DNA from: Fibrobacteria bacterium
GTDB taxonomy: Bacteria; Fibrobacterota; Fibrobacteria; UBA11236
Length of the DNA stretch: 34,076 bases
Reading direction: 5' to 3'
NCBI GenBank assembly: GCA_050486505.1
Contig: JBJHDK010000022.1
Coordinates: forward strand, 1-34,076
A model generated the notes under the pieces. It saw only the letters and a list, made by a program, of their open reading frames with translations. It made no database searches and was not told the DNA's origin. Positions 1 to 9,954 of the stretch are shown here, in pieces (the stretch's first letter is position 1; every line of letters starts with the position of its first letter). Both the position numbers and the translations under genes were made by a program.

Positions 1-2349
1 GTCACCGGCCGTGCGGGCGGCGGCTCCCGTTCCCGTGGATCCGCGGAGAGTGTCGGCAAGACCGATGATGCCCGCGCGGGGTGCCCAGCCCGATTCGAGG
101 TTGGCGGCATTGCCCGCGGGGATGGCGTCGGGACCGCCGGTGGAGTTCGCACGGGGCTGCGCGGAGGATGTTCCGCCCATGTGCCAGACGGCGACGAAGC
201 CGTTGTCTTCACCGAAGACGGCCGCACCGCTGGAGGCGTCGGGAGCGGTGGCGTTGCCCCAGAGCATGCGGATGGACTGGGTCGCGTTGTTGCCCAGGAT
301 GGTGTCGACGCGAACCCAGACGGCGGCGCTGCGCGCGCTGTCGTTCCAGTAGTCGATTTCATGCTGGAGCTTGGTGGTGCCATTGGCCTTGGTGAAGCGG
401 ATGTCGGCTCCCCCGTTCTGTGTCTGGGCGAAGACCGCGGAATCGGCCGCCCCCAGGCGCACCAGGACGGGGAAGTGGTGGACGTTTCCGGTGATGTTCG
501 CCCCGGAGGCTGTCGTGTTGAGGAGCAGGTTTTTGTGGTGCTGCCACGCGGAGAGGTTCTCGGGCGGCCCGACGCTGATGCGCACCACGGCGGTGGTGGT
601 GTCGGTGGCGTTGGTGGCGGTGACGGTGTAGTTGGCCGCCGCGGTCTGCGACGTGGGCACGCCGGAGATGATGCCTGTGGTGGTGTTGAGGGAGAGTCCC
701 GCGGGGAGTGCGGGTGCCACCGAGAACGCGGTGGGGTTGCGCCCGCTCCAGGAAGGCCCGTTTCCTGCGGCTCCGATGCCTGCGGTGAGGCTCATGGTGT
801 CGAGGGCGTAGGCGAAGTTGAAGGTGGGCCCGACGGTGACGATGAAGCGGAGTCCGCGGACGAGGGTGTCGCCGGCTGCGCCGTAGACGGCGAGGGTGCG
901 GTTGGTTCCGGTGGTGGTGTTGGTGGGCGTGCCGCTGAGCAGTCCGCTTCCGAGGTCGAGGGTGAGGCCGGGGATGCCGAGCTCGCCGTTGTTGTTGGTG
1001 ATGGCAACGCCGGTGACCGGTCCTCCGGTGTACTGCAGGGGGAGGGAGATCGATACGCCGGTCTCCAGGCGGAGCGTGTCGCGCGGAGCATTGGGAGCGT
1101 TGTCGTCACCCGGGAGCAGGTAGTAAACCTGGGAAAGGGGAGTGCCGGCCGCGCCGGTTTGCGTTGCACCGAGAACCACTGCGGACGCGGTTGGCTTCTG
1201 GGTCTCGTAGTCGAGCTTGGCCCAGGAGGAAGGAAGAACCGCCCCGTTGATCAGACGGACTTCGTCGATGATGCCGCTCAAGCGCTGTCCCCAGTTCTTT
1301 TCCTGGGCGCCCAGAAGAACGCGCGAAGCTGCGCCGGTTCCGGGGTGAATAACGTGATTGGCACCACCGGAGGTGGTAGCCGTGGCACGTGTGCCATTGA
1401 TGAAGATTTGGACCTTGTCGGCGTTTGCGGTTTCCGAATCGTCGATCCGAACCAGTACGTGATACCACGTGTTCAGTTCCGTCAGGTGGTTCGATGTGGA
1501 CGTTACCGTGCGGCTGTCCGCGGAGCCATCCACCGAAGTACGCACCCGGATCACCCGGTTCGAGCTCACGGTTGCGACATTCACGGAGTAGCTGCGATGC
1601 CCGCCTCCCGCCTGGTAGCGATACTTCGAGAGAATGCCCTGTGCGTCGGACGGATTCGCATGCGTGGGGTTGACCCAGGCGGAAATCGTCATGTTCGGGT
1701 TCGCACCTCTGCCGTGCAGCAGTTCGTTGTTCTCCAGTGAGTCGACCCAGAAGCCGCTCGAGTTGCTGACGACCGGGGCATCGGCATTATGGCTGTTATA
1801 GTGACGCGCGGCTCCGATCACGCCGGGAACCGAAATCACACTATCATGCGCGGTAAAATTGAGCGCATTGCCGGTTGCGTCTTGTGGACCGGTTCCTTGG
1901 GCCTCTGTCATGTGCCAGACGCCGGTGAACCCGTTTGTCGGGTTGAACACCTGGGCTCCGTTCGAGCTGTCGGCAGCGGAACCGTTGCCCCAATACATGC
2001 GGAGGGTCGCGACGCTGTCGTTACCCTTGAGGCTGTCGACCAGCACGAAGATTGCCGCGGACTGGGTTCCGGCGTCCCATTGCACCGTCTGATGCGGAAG
2101 CCGGGTAGTGCCGTCGAGCTTGGTGAAGCGAATGCTGGCCCCGTTCGTGCCGGCCTGCCCTAAGATCGCCGACTCGGCGGCCCCCAGACGGACAAGCAGC
2201 GGGTAATTCGTCACATCCGTCGCGACATCGGCCCCACTGGGCGTCGTGTTGACAGCAATGTCCTTATAGAAGGACCACTGGCCATAGTCTTCCTGCGCGA
2301 ATGCGAGGGAAGCCGACAACAGCAGACCTGCATACAGAGTCTTACGCAT
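1..2349 (-). CDS. Large secreted surface protein: DUF2341 + LamG-like jelly roll + two Ig-like (He_PIG-type) repeats + second DUF2341 module; 3' end runs off the window
   Basis: Absent from the ORF track because there is no stop in the window. Hand translation from ATG 2349 (AGGAG SD just upstream): signal peptide MRKTLYAGLLLSASLAFAQ; DUF2341 motifs NYPLLVRL...SIRFTK...LPHQ and HFPVLVRL...DIRFTK...LQHEIDYW; LamG motifs TISAWV...WYHV...FING...LSGIIDEVRL; Ig motifs GLTLDLGSGLLSGTP and LPAGLSLNTTTGIISGVP. Confidence 0.85.
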   Translation of the reverse strand, partial: MRKTLYAGLLLSASLAFAQEDYGQWSFYKDIAVNTTPSGADVATDVTNYPLLVRLGAAESAILGQAGTNGASIRFTKLDGTTRLPHQTVQWDAGTQSAAIFVLVDSLKGNDSVATLRMYWGNGSAADSSNGAQVFNPTNGFTGVWHMTEAQGTGPQDATGNALNFTAHDSVISVPGVIGAARHYNSHNADAPVVSNSSGFWVDSLENNELLHGRGANPNMTISAWVNPTHANPSDAQGILSKYRYQAGGGHRSYSVNVATVSSNRVIRVRTSVDGSADSRTVTSTSNHLTELNTWYHVLVRIDDSETANADKVQIFINGTRATATTSGGANHVIHPGTGAASRVLLGAQEKNWGQRLSGIIDEVRLINGAVLPSSWAKLDYETQKPTASAVVLGATQTGAAGTPLSQVYYLLPGDDNAPNAPRDTLRLETGVSISLPLQYTGGPVTGVAITNNNGELGIPGLTLDLGSGLLSGTPTNTTTGTNRTLAVYGAAGDTLVRGLRFIVTVGPTFNFAYALDTMSLTAGIGAAGNGPSWSGRNPTAFSVAPALPAGLSLNTTTGIISGVPTSQTAAANYTVTATNATDTTTAVVRISVGPPENLSAWQHHKNLLLNTTASGANITGNVHHFPVLVRLGAADSAVFAQTQNGGADIRFTKANGTTKLQHEIDYWNDSARSAAVWVRVDTILGNNATQSIRMLWGNATAPDASSGAAVFGEDNGFVAVWHMGGTSSAQPRANSTGGPDAIPAGNAANLESGWAPRAGIIGLADTLRGSTGTGAAARTAGD

Positions 2350-2560
2350 GTCTCTCTCCTTTTCCTGATTTGGCGGGTGAAAGCGGATCGGTGTCCGACA
2401 AGGGACTAATGTATCGCCGGATGCAGTTTTCATGTTCCTGAAAGCAATTAAAATCGCTGAAACGCCAAAATGGTCAAAAAAAATGAAAGAAGACGCTGGG
2501 CGATTTCATGTGAGGCCCGGATTTTCTACCGGACTCGTTTTTTTTCCAAAAACGCCCCTT

Positions 2561-3400
2561 TTAGTCTAAGAGGATGTTGTCAATCAGACGTGTTTTGCCA
2601 AAAAATACAGCGCAAGCCAGAATGGCAAGGTGGTCGACTTTCGAGATGGGGCCGAGCGTCGTCTGCGAAACCAGTTCGACATAATCGATGCGATCGGGAG
2701 CCGCACCGGCGAGTTCGGTCAGAACGACCTGTTTTAGGGTCTCGGCGTCCCGCTCTCCGCGTTCGTAAGCTTCGCGGGCGCGGGCGAGTCCCCGGAACAA
2801 TGCGCTCGCACGTTCGCGTTCGTCCTCTGTCAAATAGGCGTTCCGGGAGGAAAGGGCGAGGCCCGAGGGTTCCCGCACGGTTTCGCCGAGCACGAGATCC
2901 ACATCGAGGGAGAGGTCGGCAACCATTTTCTTGAGGATGAAGGCTTGCTGGATGTCCTTCTTCCCGAACCAGGCGCGATGCGGCTTTACCAGGTTGAAAA
3001 GCTTCAGCACCACCGTGCACACGCCACGGAAGTGGCCCGGCCTCGCGGCGCCGCAAAGATGTTCGTCGAGCCCGGTCACATCGACGTAGGTCGCGTGGTC
3101 GGCCGCATAGAAATGATTCGCCTCCGGCGCGAAGATCGCGTCCACTCCCGCGGCCTCGCACAGATCCGCATCGCGTTCAAAGGGGCGCGGGTAACGCGCC
3201 AGATCCTCGCTGGGCCCGAACTGCAATGGGTTCACGAAGATCGAGACGATCACCACGTCGCTTGCGGCACGGCACTCTTCGACCAACTTCATGTGCCCGG
3301 CGTGGAGCGCGCCCATCGTGGGAACGAAGCCGACGGATGCCGCAGGATCAAGGGATGCCCGCCACGTGCGAAGTTCCGGGACGGAGCGGAGGATCAACAT
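2561..3400 (-). CDS. panC: Pantoate-beta-alanine ligase
   Basis: VGFVPTMGALHAGH, SIFVNPLQF, RPGHFRGV, FGKKD, GLALSSRN, RLIDN motifs. Confidence 0.97.
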   Translation of the reverse strand: MLILRSVPELRTWRASLDPAASVGFVPTMGALHAGHMKLVEECRAASDVVIVSIFVNPLQFGPSEDLARYPRPFERDADLCEAAGVDAIFAPEANHFYAADHATYVDVTGLDEHLCGAARPGHFRGVCTVVLKLFNLVKPHRAWFGKKDIQQAFILKKMVADLSLDVDLVLGETVREPSGLALSSRNAYLTEDERERASALFRGLARAREAYERGERDAETLKQVVLTELAGAAPDRIDYVELVSQTTLGPISKVDHLAILACAVFFGKTRLIDNILLD

Positions 3401-3486
3401 GAGTGTACAGTTCGCAGTGTACAGTGGATCATCGAGGGATGCCGGACAGCTGTGTGTTTATTGTCCATTGCCCACTGTCCACTGAT
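3401..3486. repeat. Inverted heptamer-array element A (AGTGNAC units facing CACTGTC units)
   Basis: agtgtac agttcgc agtgtac agtggat ... tattgtc cattgcc cactgtc cactgat; fills the folK-panC gap. Confidence 0.75.
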
Positions 3487-4661
3487 CAATGCTCTGCTCC
3501 TGGAGAGTAATACGTCACGCCTTCGGGAGCCTTGAGGATCTGGTCGAGCAGAAGGTTCAGGTCGTTGCCGTTTCGCACGAAGTCGATGTGATTCGTGTTC
3601 ACGATCAACAGGGGAGACGCGTCGTAGTAATGGAAATAGGCGTTGTAGGCGTGGTTCAGCGCGTCGATGTAACCTTCGTCCATGTTGCGCTCGTAGTCGC
3701 GGTCGCGATGGCGGATGCGCTGCATCAAGGTCTTCGTGTCCGCCTGCAGGTAAACCACGTAATCGGGGCGCGGCAGTTGCCGCTCCATCAGTCCCGAAAG
3801 GCGCTGGTACAGCGTCATTTCGTTCTCATCGAGATTCTGCGTCGCGAAGATCTTGTCCTTCGCGAACATGTAATCGCTCACCACCTGCGGGCGGAACAGG
3901 TCCTGCTGCTGGAAGTAATCCTGGATCTGCCTGAAGCGCGAGAGCAGGAAGAAGATCTGTGTCTGGAACGCGAAACGATTCCGGTCCTTGTAGAAATCAG
4001 CCAGAAATGGGTTGTTTTCGAATTCCTCGAACAGGGTTTGCGCCCCGAGGCGCTCCCCCAGCAGGCGCACCAAGGTCGTTTTCCCCGCGCCGATCACGCC
4101 TTCGATCGCCACATAGCGCAACCGGTCGGGGAGGGAGGCCGCCGGGCCCGCCGGCAAAAGGCGGTATTCCCTGATTCCCGCCGCGCCCTCCTCCTCGCGC
4201 AGTCTTGCCAGCATGCGCGAAACGCTTTCCTGAAAGCCCGGCAGCACGGTGTCAGGCTCGAGTTCCGCCAAGGGCACAAGGACGAACTGGCGGCGCGGCA
4301 CTCCGGGGTGGGGGAGAAACAGCCCGTCTTCCTGGAGGATTCCCTGTTCGTGCGCCAGCAGATCGATGTCGATTTCCCTCGGCTCCCAGCGGCCGCGTGG
4401 AATCCGTCCGATCAGGCGTTCCGTCTCCTGGCAGTATTCGAGCAGCTGGCGGGGATTCAGTACCGTGGAAAGCCGCACGCAAAGGTTCAGGTAAGGATCC
4501 TGCGGCCCGGGGCCCACCGGATCGGTCTCGTAAATCTTCGAGACCCGGATGTTTCCCGACGCGATCTCGCGCAGGCGTTCCAATGCCGAACGGAGGTGCG
4601 CCGCACGGTCTCCGACATTGCTACCCAGGGCCAGCCAGACCGTCTTGCCGCGTTGTGACAT
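3486..4661 (-). CDS. folK: Fusion of 2-amino-4-hydroxy-6-hydroxymethyldihydropteridine pyrophosphokinase (HPPK) and a deoxynucleoside kinase-family domain
   Basis: N-terminal LALGSNVGDR, YETDP, YLN, PREIDIDLL, PHP, RQFVLVPL; C-terminal IEGVIGAGKTTL P-loop, NPFLADFY, FQTQIFFL, PDYVVYL, RIRHRDRDYE. Confidence 0.92.
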   Translation of the reverse strand: MSQRGKTVWLALGSNVGDRAAHLRSALERLREIASGNIRVSKIYETDPVGPGPQDPYLNLCVRLSTVLNPRQLLEYCQETERLIGRIPRGRWEPREIDIDLLAHEQGILQEDGLFLPHPGVPRRQFVLVPLAELEPDTVLPGFQESVSRMLARLREEEGAAGIREYRLLPAGPAASLPDRLRYVAIEGVIGAGKTTLVRLLGERLGAQTLFEEFENNPFLADFYKDRNRFAFQTQIFFLLSRFRQIQDYFQQQDLFRPQVVSDYMFAKDKIFATQNLDENEMTLYQRLSGLMERQLPRPDYVVYLQADTKTLMQRIRHRDRDYERNMDEGYIDALNHAYNAYFHYYDASPLLIVNTNHIDFVRNGNDLNLLLDQILKAPEGVTYYSPGAEH

Positions 4662-4911
4662 GGAGCCGCGAAGATAGAAAAGGAGGGGTTTCCTTCCGGG
4701 GAAATCCCCTGCAGGGGTTCGCCCGCCGGGCGTCCCCCCGCCTGTTTTCCCTTGCCGGACGGCAACCCCGGGGTTATATCTTTGCCAGCGTTGCGCGCAC
4801 GGTGGTTTGCATCCGGCCCGTCACGTTTCCCGATTCCACGTTTTCAGGCTCCCGAAACCCCCGACCCGTTCGCGCGTTTTCGAGCCTTCCCCGCACGTTC
4901 AGGAGTTTCCC

Positions 4912-6309
<1,398 letters not shown>

Positions 6310-6322
6310 TACGCCGATTTTT

Positions 6323-6349
6323 GTAGAGGCAATAATTATTTGCCCCTAC
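6323..6349 (+). repeat. GTAG-type REP-like palindrome, intergenic degenerate copy
   Basis: GTAGAGGCAATAATTATTTGCCCCTAC between rho and proC; near-identical to 25557-25584. Confidence 0.8.
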
Positions 6350-6367
6350 GTTCAACATGGGGTTATC

Positions 6368-7177
6368 ATGAATTCAAAAATCGGTACGATCGGCTTCCTC
6401 GGGTTCGGGAACATGGGCGGCGCGGTGGCGCGCGGTGCCGTGGCTTCCGGGTTGGCTGCTTCAGGGGACATCATGGTGTTTGATCCCGGTCTGCCTGCGG
6501 ATGCGCTTCAGGCCTCCGGATTCACGTCCGCGGATTCTGCCGAGGAAGTTTTCCGTGCAGCGGATGTCGTGATCATTGCAGTGAAGCCGCAAGTCTTCAA
6601 GGAGGCCGCGCCTGCCTGGTCGGAACTCGTTTCGGGATTGTCGGACAAGACCGTCATCAGTGTGATGGCCGGGATTCGAGCGGAAAAGTTGCGTGCCACG
6701 TTTCCCGGTTTTACGGCGGTACGTGTGATGCCGAACCTCGGCCTGTCCGTGGGTGAAGGCGCAACCGCAATCGCGATGGACGGAGTGGGAGAGGCTTCCC
6801 TCGATCTCGTTGAAGCGATCTTCAACTCCTGCGGCACCACCGTCCGTGTCACCGAAGATCAAATGGACGCGGTCACGGCCGTGTCAGGATCCGGGCCGAT
6901 GTACCTCTTCGAGTTCGTCGGAGCCATGACCGAGGCCGGTGTGAAAGCGGGGCTCGCGCGCGAGACGGCGTACACGCTGGCTGTGCAGACTGCGAAGGGA
7001 TCCCTGAAGCTGCTGGAGTCGTCCGGTGACGATCCCGCGACGTGGACAAAGCGCGTATGCTCGCCCGGTGGCACTACATTAGCCGCGCTCGGTGTGTTGG
7101 AGAATGAAGGATTCCACGGTATTCTGGAACGCGCGGTCGCGGCGGCGAAGAAGCGATCCGAAGAATTGTCCGGATAA
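6368..7177 (+). CDS. proC: Pyrroline-5-carboxylate reductase
   Basis: GFLGFGNMG, AVKPQ, VRVMPN, TAVSGSGP, VCSPGGTT. Confidence 0.96.
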   Translation: MNSKIGTIGFLGFGNMGGAVARGAVASGLAASGDIMVFDPGLPADALQASGFTSADSAEEVFRAADVVIIAVKPQVFKEAAPAWSELVSGLSDKTVISVMAGIRAEKLRATFPGFTAVRVMPNLGLSVGEGATAIAMDGVGEASLDLVEAIFNSCGTTVRVTEDQMDAVTAVSGSGPMYLFEFVGAMTEAGVKAGLARETAYTLAVQTAKGSLKLLESSGDDPATWTKRVCSPGGTTLAALGVLENEGFHGILERAVAAAKKRSEELSG

Positions 7178-7178
7178 A

Positions 7179-8762
7179 TTACCGATAAACCCGGTAATCG
7201 ATCTCCGGGAAGAGATTGTTCGTCAGCTCGAGATTCCGCAGGAAGCCCTCATCAATGCGGGCGGACTCGATCTCGCCCCCCAATCTCAAACCATTGTCGA
7301 CATGAACCTTGGTGCGCTTCACGGCGTACTCTACCATCGTGCCAGTCTTCATGATGAAGGCCCAATCGGACGACTGCGCCAGCAGCAGCTCGCGGGCCAT
7401 CTGGTTGCGCGCGCGCCGGTCGAGATCGCCCCCCGGACCGTTCCTCTCGGGCAGGTTCGCGATGGCGTGCATGCGGTCGGCGAGGTGATGGAGGTGCGGA
7501 TAGATCCAGTCGTTGCTGCCGTTGAGCCACACGTCGGCATAGCCGCCCGCGCCCCAACTCGAGAAGGCGGGCTGGCTTTTCGGCGGGCCGGGATGCCGGT
7601 CGAGATAGTCGCGCGGCGATGCGAGCGAGACCTTGCGACCCTCCGTCAACACCTTGCGCATGACCGCGCCCAGAAAGCGCGGGCCCTCGTACCACCAGTG
7701 CCCGAAGAGCTCGGCATCATAGGGGCAGACGATGTTGGCGGGCGTGCCGCCGAGTCGCGAATCCAGCCAGTCGGCCTGCAGGTCGCGGTTGTAGAGAAAG
7801 TGTGACGCGTGCTGCTGCGTCGCTTCGAGCGCCCATGCCTCGACGTAGGGCTCCTTCTCCACGTTCTTGCCCGTGATGCGGTGGTACTTGATCCCCGTCA
7901 TGGTACGCAGCCCCATCGGGTGGATGTAAGGCGCGATGTAGCCGAAGTCGAGGTCGAAACCGATGTCGCGGTAGAACTCGCGGTAGCGCCAGTCGCCGGG
8001 GTAGCCTTCCTCCGCGGACCACACGGCCTTGGACGACTCCGGGTCGCGGGCGAAGCAGAACACGCCGGCAGGGGTTTCCACGGGGGCATAACATCCCTTG
8101 GGGGAGGGGGGAAGCCCCTGCAATATTCCGTGGGTATCGGTGAAGAAGTAGTGGAGCCCCGCATTCTTCAGGTGCCGGTCGAGGCCGGGGTAATACCCGC
8201 ATTCACCGAGCCAGATGCCTTGCGGGCTCACGCCGAAGTGCTTCTCGTGGTTGCGTGCGGCCACTTCGAGCTGGGCTTCCACCGCGCGCGGAGAGTGACG
8301 GAGGTTGGGCAGAAACCCGTGCGTGGCCCCGCAGGTGAGGATCTCGAGATTGCCGCGTTCCCGATAGTGGCGGAACCCGTTGAGGAGGTTACGTCCCAGC
8401 GCCTCGAACTTGAGGTGGCAGGCCTCGAAGCGGTTGCGGTACATCGCGGCCAGCGGCGCCATCCGGGTGTCGTGCTTGAGGCGGGAGCATTCCTTCTCGG
8501 CCAGCTCGCGCAGGCGGTCGAGATGGTTGGCGTAGCGTTCCTGCAGCAATCCGTCCGCCAGCATCTCGCACAGCGGTGGCGTCAGGCTCATGGTCACGCG
8601 GAAGGGGAGATTGTCCCGGGCCAATGCATCGAACTCGAGGAGCAACGGGATGTAGGTCTCCGTCATCGCCTCGTACAGCCACTCTTCCTCGAGGAAGCGG
8701 GCGTGCTCGGGGTGACGCACGAAGGGAAGGTGCGCGTGCAGGACGAAGTTGAGATACGCCAT
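7179..8762 (-). CDS. GH57 1,4-alpha-glucan branching enzyme (DUF1957-containing)
   Basis: VLHAHLPFV, ETYIPLL, CGATHGFLP, WLGECGY (catalytic Glu), YREFYRD, PYDAELFGHWWYEG (catalytic Asp), ELLLAQSSDWAF. Confidence 0.92.
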   Translation of the reverse strand: MAYLNFVLHAHLPFVRHPEHARFLEEEWLYEAMTETYIPLLLEFDALARDNLPFRVTMSLTPPLCEMLADGLLQERYANHLDRLRELAEKECSRLKHDTRMAPLAAMYRNRFEACHLKFEALGRNLLNGFRHYRERGNLEILTCGATHGFLPNLRHSPRAVEAQLEVAARNHEKHFGVSPQGIWLGECGYYPGLDRHLKNAGLHYFFTDTHGILQGLPPSPKGCYAPVETPAGVFCFARDPESSKAVWSAEEGYPGDWRYREFYRDIGFDLDFGYIAPYIHPMGLRTMTGIKYHRITGKNVEKEPYVEAWALEATQQHASHFLYNRDLQADWLDSRLGGTPANIVCPYDAELFGHWWYEGPRFLGAVMRKVLTEGRKVSLASPRDYLDRHPGPPKSQPAFSSWGAGGYADVWLNGSNDWIYPHLHHLADRMHAIANLPERNGPGGDLDRRARNQMARELLLAQSSDWAFIMKTGTMVEYAVKRTKVHVDNGLRLGGEIESARIDEGFLRNLELTNNLFPEIDYRVYR

Positions 8763-8768
8763 TGCGGG

Positions 8769-9926
8769 CTACTTGCGCGGGCCGCGTGCCTTGGGCGCGC
8801 GCCGGCTCCCCTGGGGTTTGGTCCCGAAGGAGGACGACAGCGAGTCGGGGCCCGCGAACTCGTGCAACTCCTTGCGGGGCGGCTTCGGGACGGGGATCCT
8901 TTCGACCGTGCCCTGTTCCGACGCGCCCATCGGGTGCGTTACGCGCAGGTGATAGTCGATCACGTCGTCCGCGTCCGCGCCCATGCCCTTGAGGCTCTTG
9001 AGGCGCAGGCGGGTCGTTTCCCAGGTTTCCGGTGCATCCGAAGGGTTCGAGACGAGGATGGGGATGAAGTGCCCGCGATTGCTCAACCAGCCGATTTCCA
9101 CCTGGTAGGTGATTCCGGGGTAGGGGACCTTCATGTACCACTTGCGCGCGTCGAGTCGCACCGGCAGCACGGCGAAGTTCGTGTCGAGCAGTTCGCGCGC
9201 ATCCCAGTTCAGGCGCATGGCCTCGCGGTAGTCGTCGTCCGCGCGCTTGGCCTTGGCGCTCTCGGCGAAGCGTTCCGGCGTGATCTCCCAATACGCGAAG
9301 AGGTAATCGGGATCCTTCGTCATCAACACGAGCCGGTTCTCCCCGTATGCGTCCGGGAGGTCGGGAATGCCGGGCGCGAAGCCGAACGCCTTTTCCACCG
9401 GACGTGCGGGGAAGGATTTCGGACGTGCGGGGCGCGGAGTTTTTTTCAGGGGGGCGACCGGTGAGGCCGGTTTCTGCGCTCGGGGTTTCCCCGCGGTCGC
9501 CACCTTGCCGGCGGCCTTCGCGGGCTTCCGTCCCGCCCCTGTGGGGCGGGTTGGTGTGGTGCGCGCTTTCAGCGCTTTCTCGGGGGAGGCTTTTTGGGGC
9601 GAGCTGCTGCTCGCCCTTACAGTTTTCTTGGCGACCTTCTTGACGATTTTCTTGACGGCCTTGGCCACCTTCGCGGCGGCCTTTTTCACGACCTTCTTGA
9701 CTGTTTTCTTCGCCGCTTTTTTGGCCGCCTTCTTGGGAGCGGTCTTCGTGGGCTTCTGTCCCGTCCCTGTGGGGCGGGTTGGCATGGTGCGCGCTTTCAG
9801 CGCTTTCTCGGGCGAGCTGCCGCTCGCCCCTACGGCTTTCTTGACGGCCTTCTTGGCGGGTTTCTTTGCCGGTTTCTTTGCGGTCGCGCCCGGCTTGGGC
9901 GTTCCTTTGCGAGAAGTCTTCTTCAT
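8769..9926 (-). CDS. DUF4912-domain protein with Lys/Ala-rich histone H1-like N-terminal region
   Basis: LPDAYGENRLVLMTKDPDYLFAYWEI...WY...YQVEIG...SN is the DUF4912 pattern, a family often found next to GH57; N-terminal KKAAKK/KKVAKK repeats. Confidence 0.8.
   Translation of the reverse strand: MKKTSRKGTPKPGATAKKPAKKPAKKAVKKAVGASGSSPEKALKARTMPTRPTGTGQKPTKTAPKKAAKKAAKKTVKKVVKKAAAKVAKAVKKIVKKVAKKTVRASSSSPQKASPEKALKARTTPTRPTGAGRKPAKAAGKVATAGKPRAQKPASPVAPLKKTPRPARPKSFPARPVEKAFGFAPGIPDLPDAYGENRLVLMTKDPDYLFAYWEITPERFAESAKAKRADDDYREAMRLNWDARELLDTNFAVLPVRLDARKWYMKVPYPGITYQVEIGWLSNRGHFIPILVSNPSDAPETWETTRLRLKSLKGMGADADDVIDYHLRVTHPMGASEQGTVERIPVPKPPRKELHEFAGPDSLSSSFGTKPQGSRRAPKARGPRK
9522..9833 (-). 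repeat. Duplicated composite palindromic unit inside the DUF4912 gene (copies about 9522-9620 and 9750-9833), each with a GTAG/GTAA REP-like hairpin
   Basis: Minus strand GTAGGGGCGAGCGGCAGCTCGCCC (9833-9810) and GTAAGGGCGAGCAGCAGCTCGCCCC (9620-9596), each followed by GCGCTGAAAGCGC and a CCCGCCCC-ACA-GGGGCGGG hairpin (perfect at 9532-9550). Confidence 0.8.
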
Positions 9927-9954
9927 GGAACGCCCCCTTTGTTGTGGTGAGGTG

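Noticed and set aside
181..1740. 519-aa plus-strand ORF and other long ORFs antisense to real genes (3489-4658, 4774-5937, 7809-9464, 19774-22302, 23997-25574, 29886-31376, 33059-34021)
   Set aside because: Shadow frames expected in high-GC DNA; they show no motifs, and the opposite strand carries recognisable proteins.
4680..4910. GC-rich hairpins in the folK-rho divergent region as a riboswitch or attenuator
   Set aside because: No recognisable aptamer consensus; hairpins are expected at this GC content. An Rfam scan would be needed.
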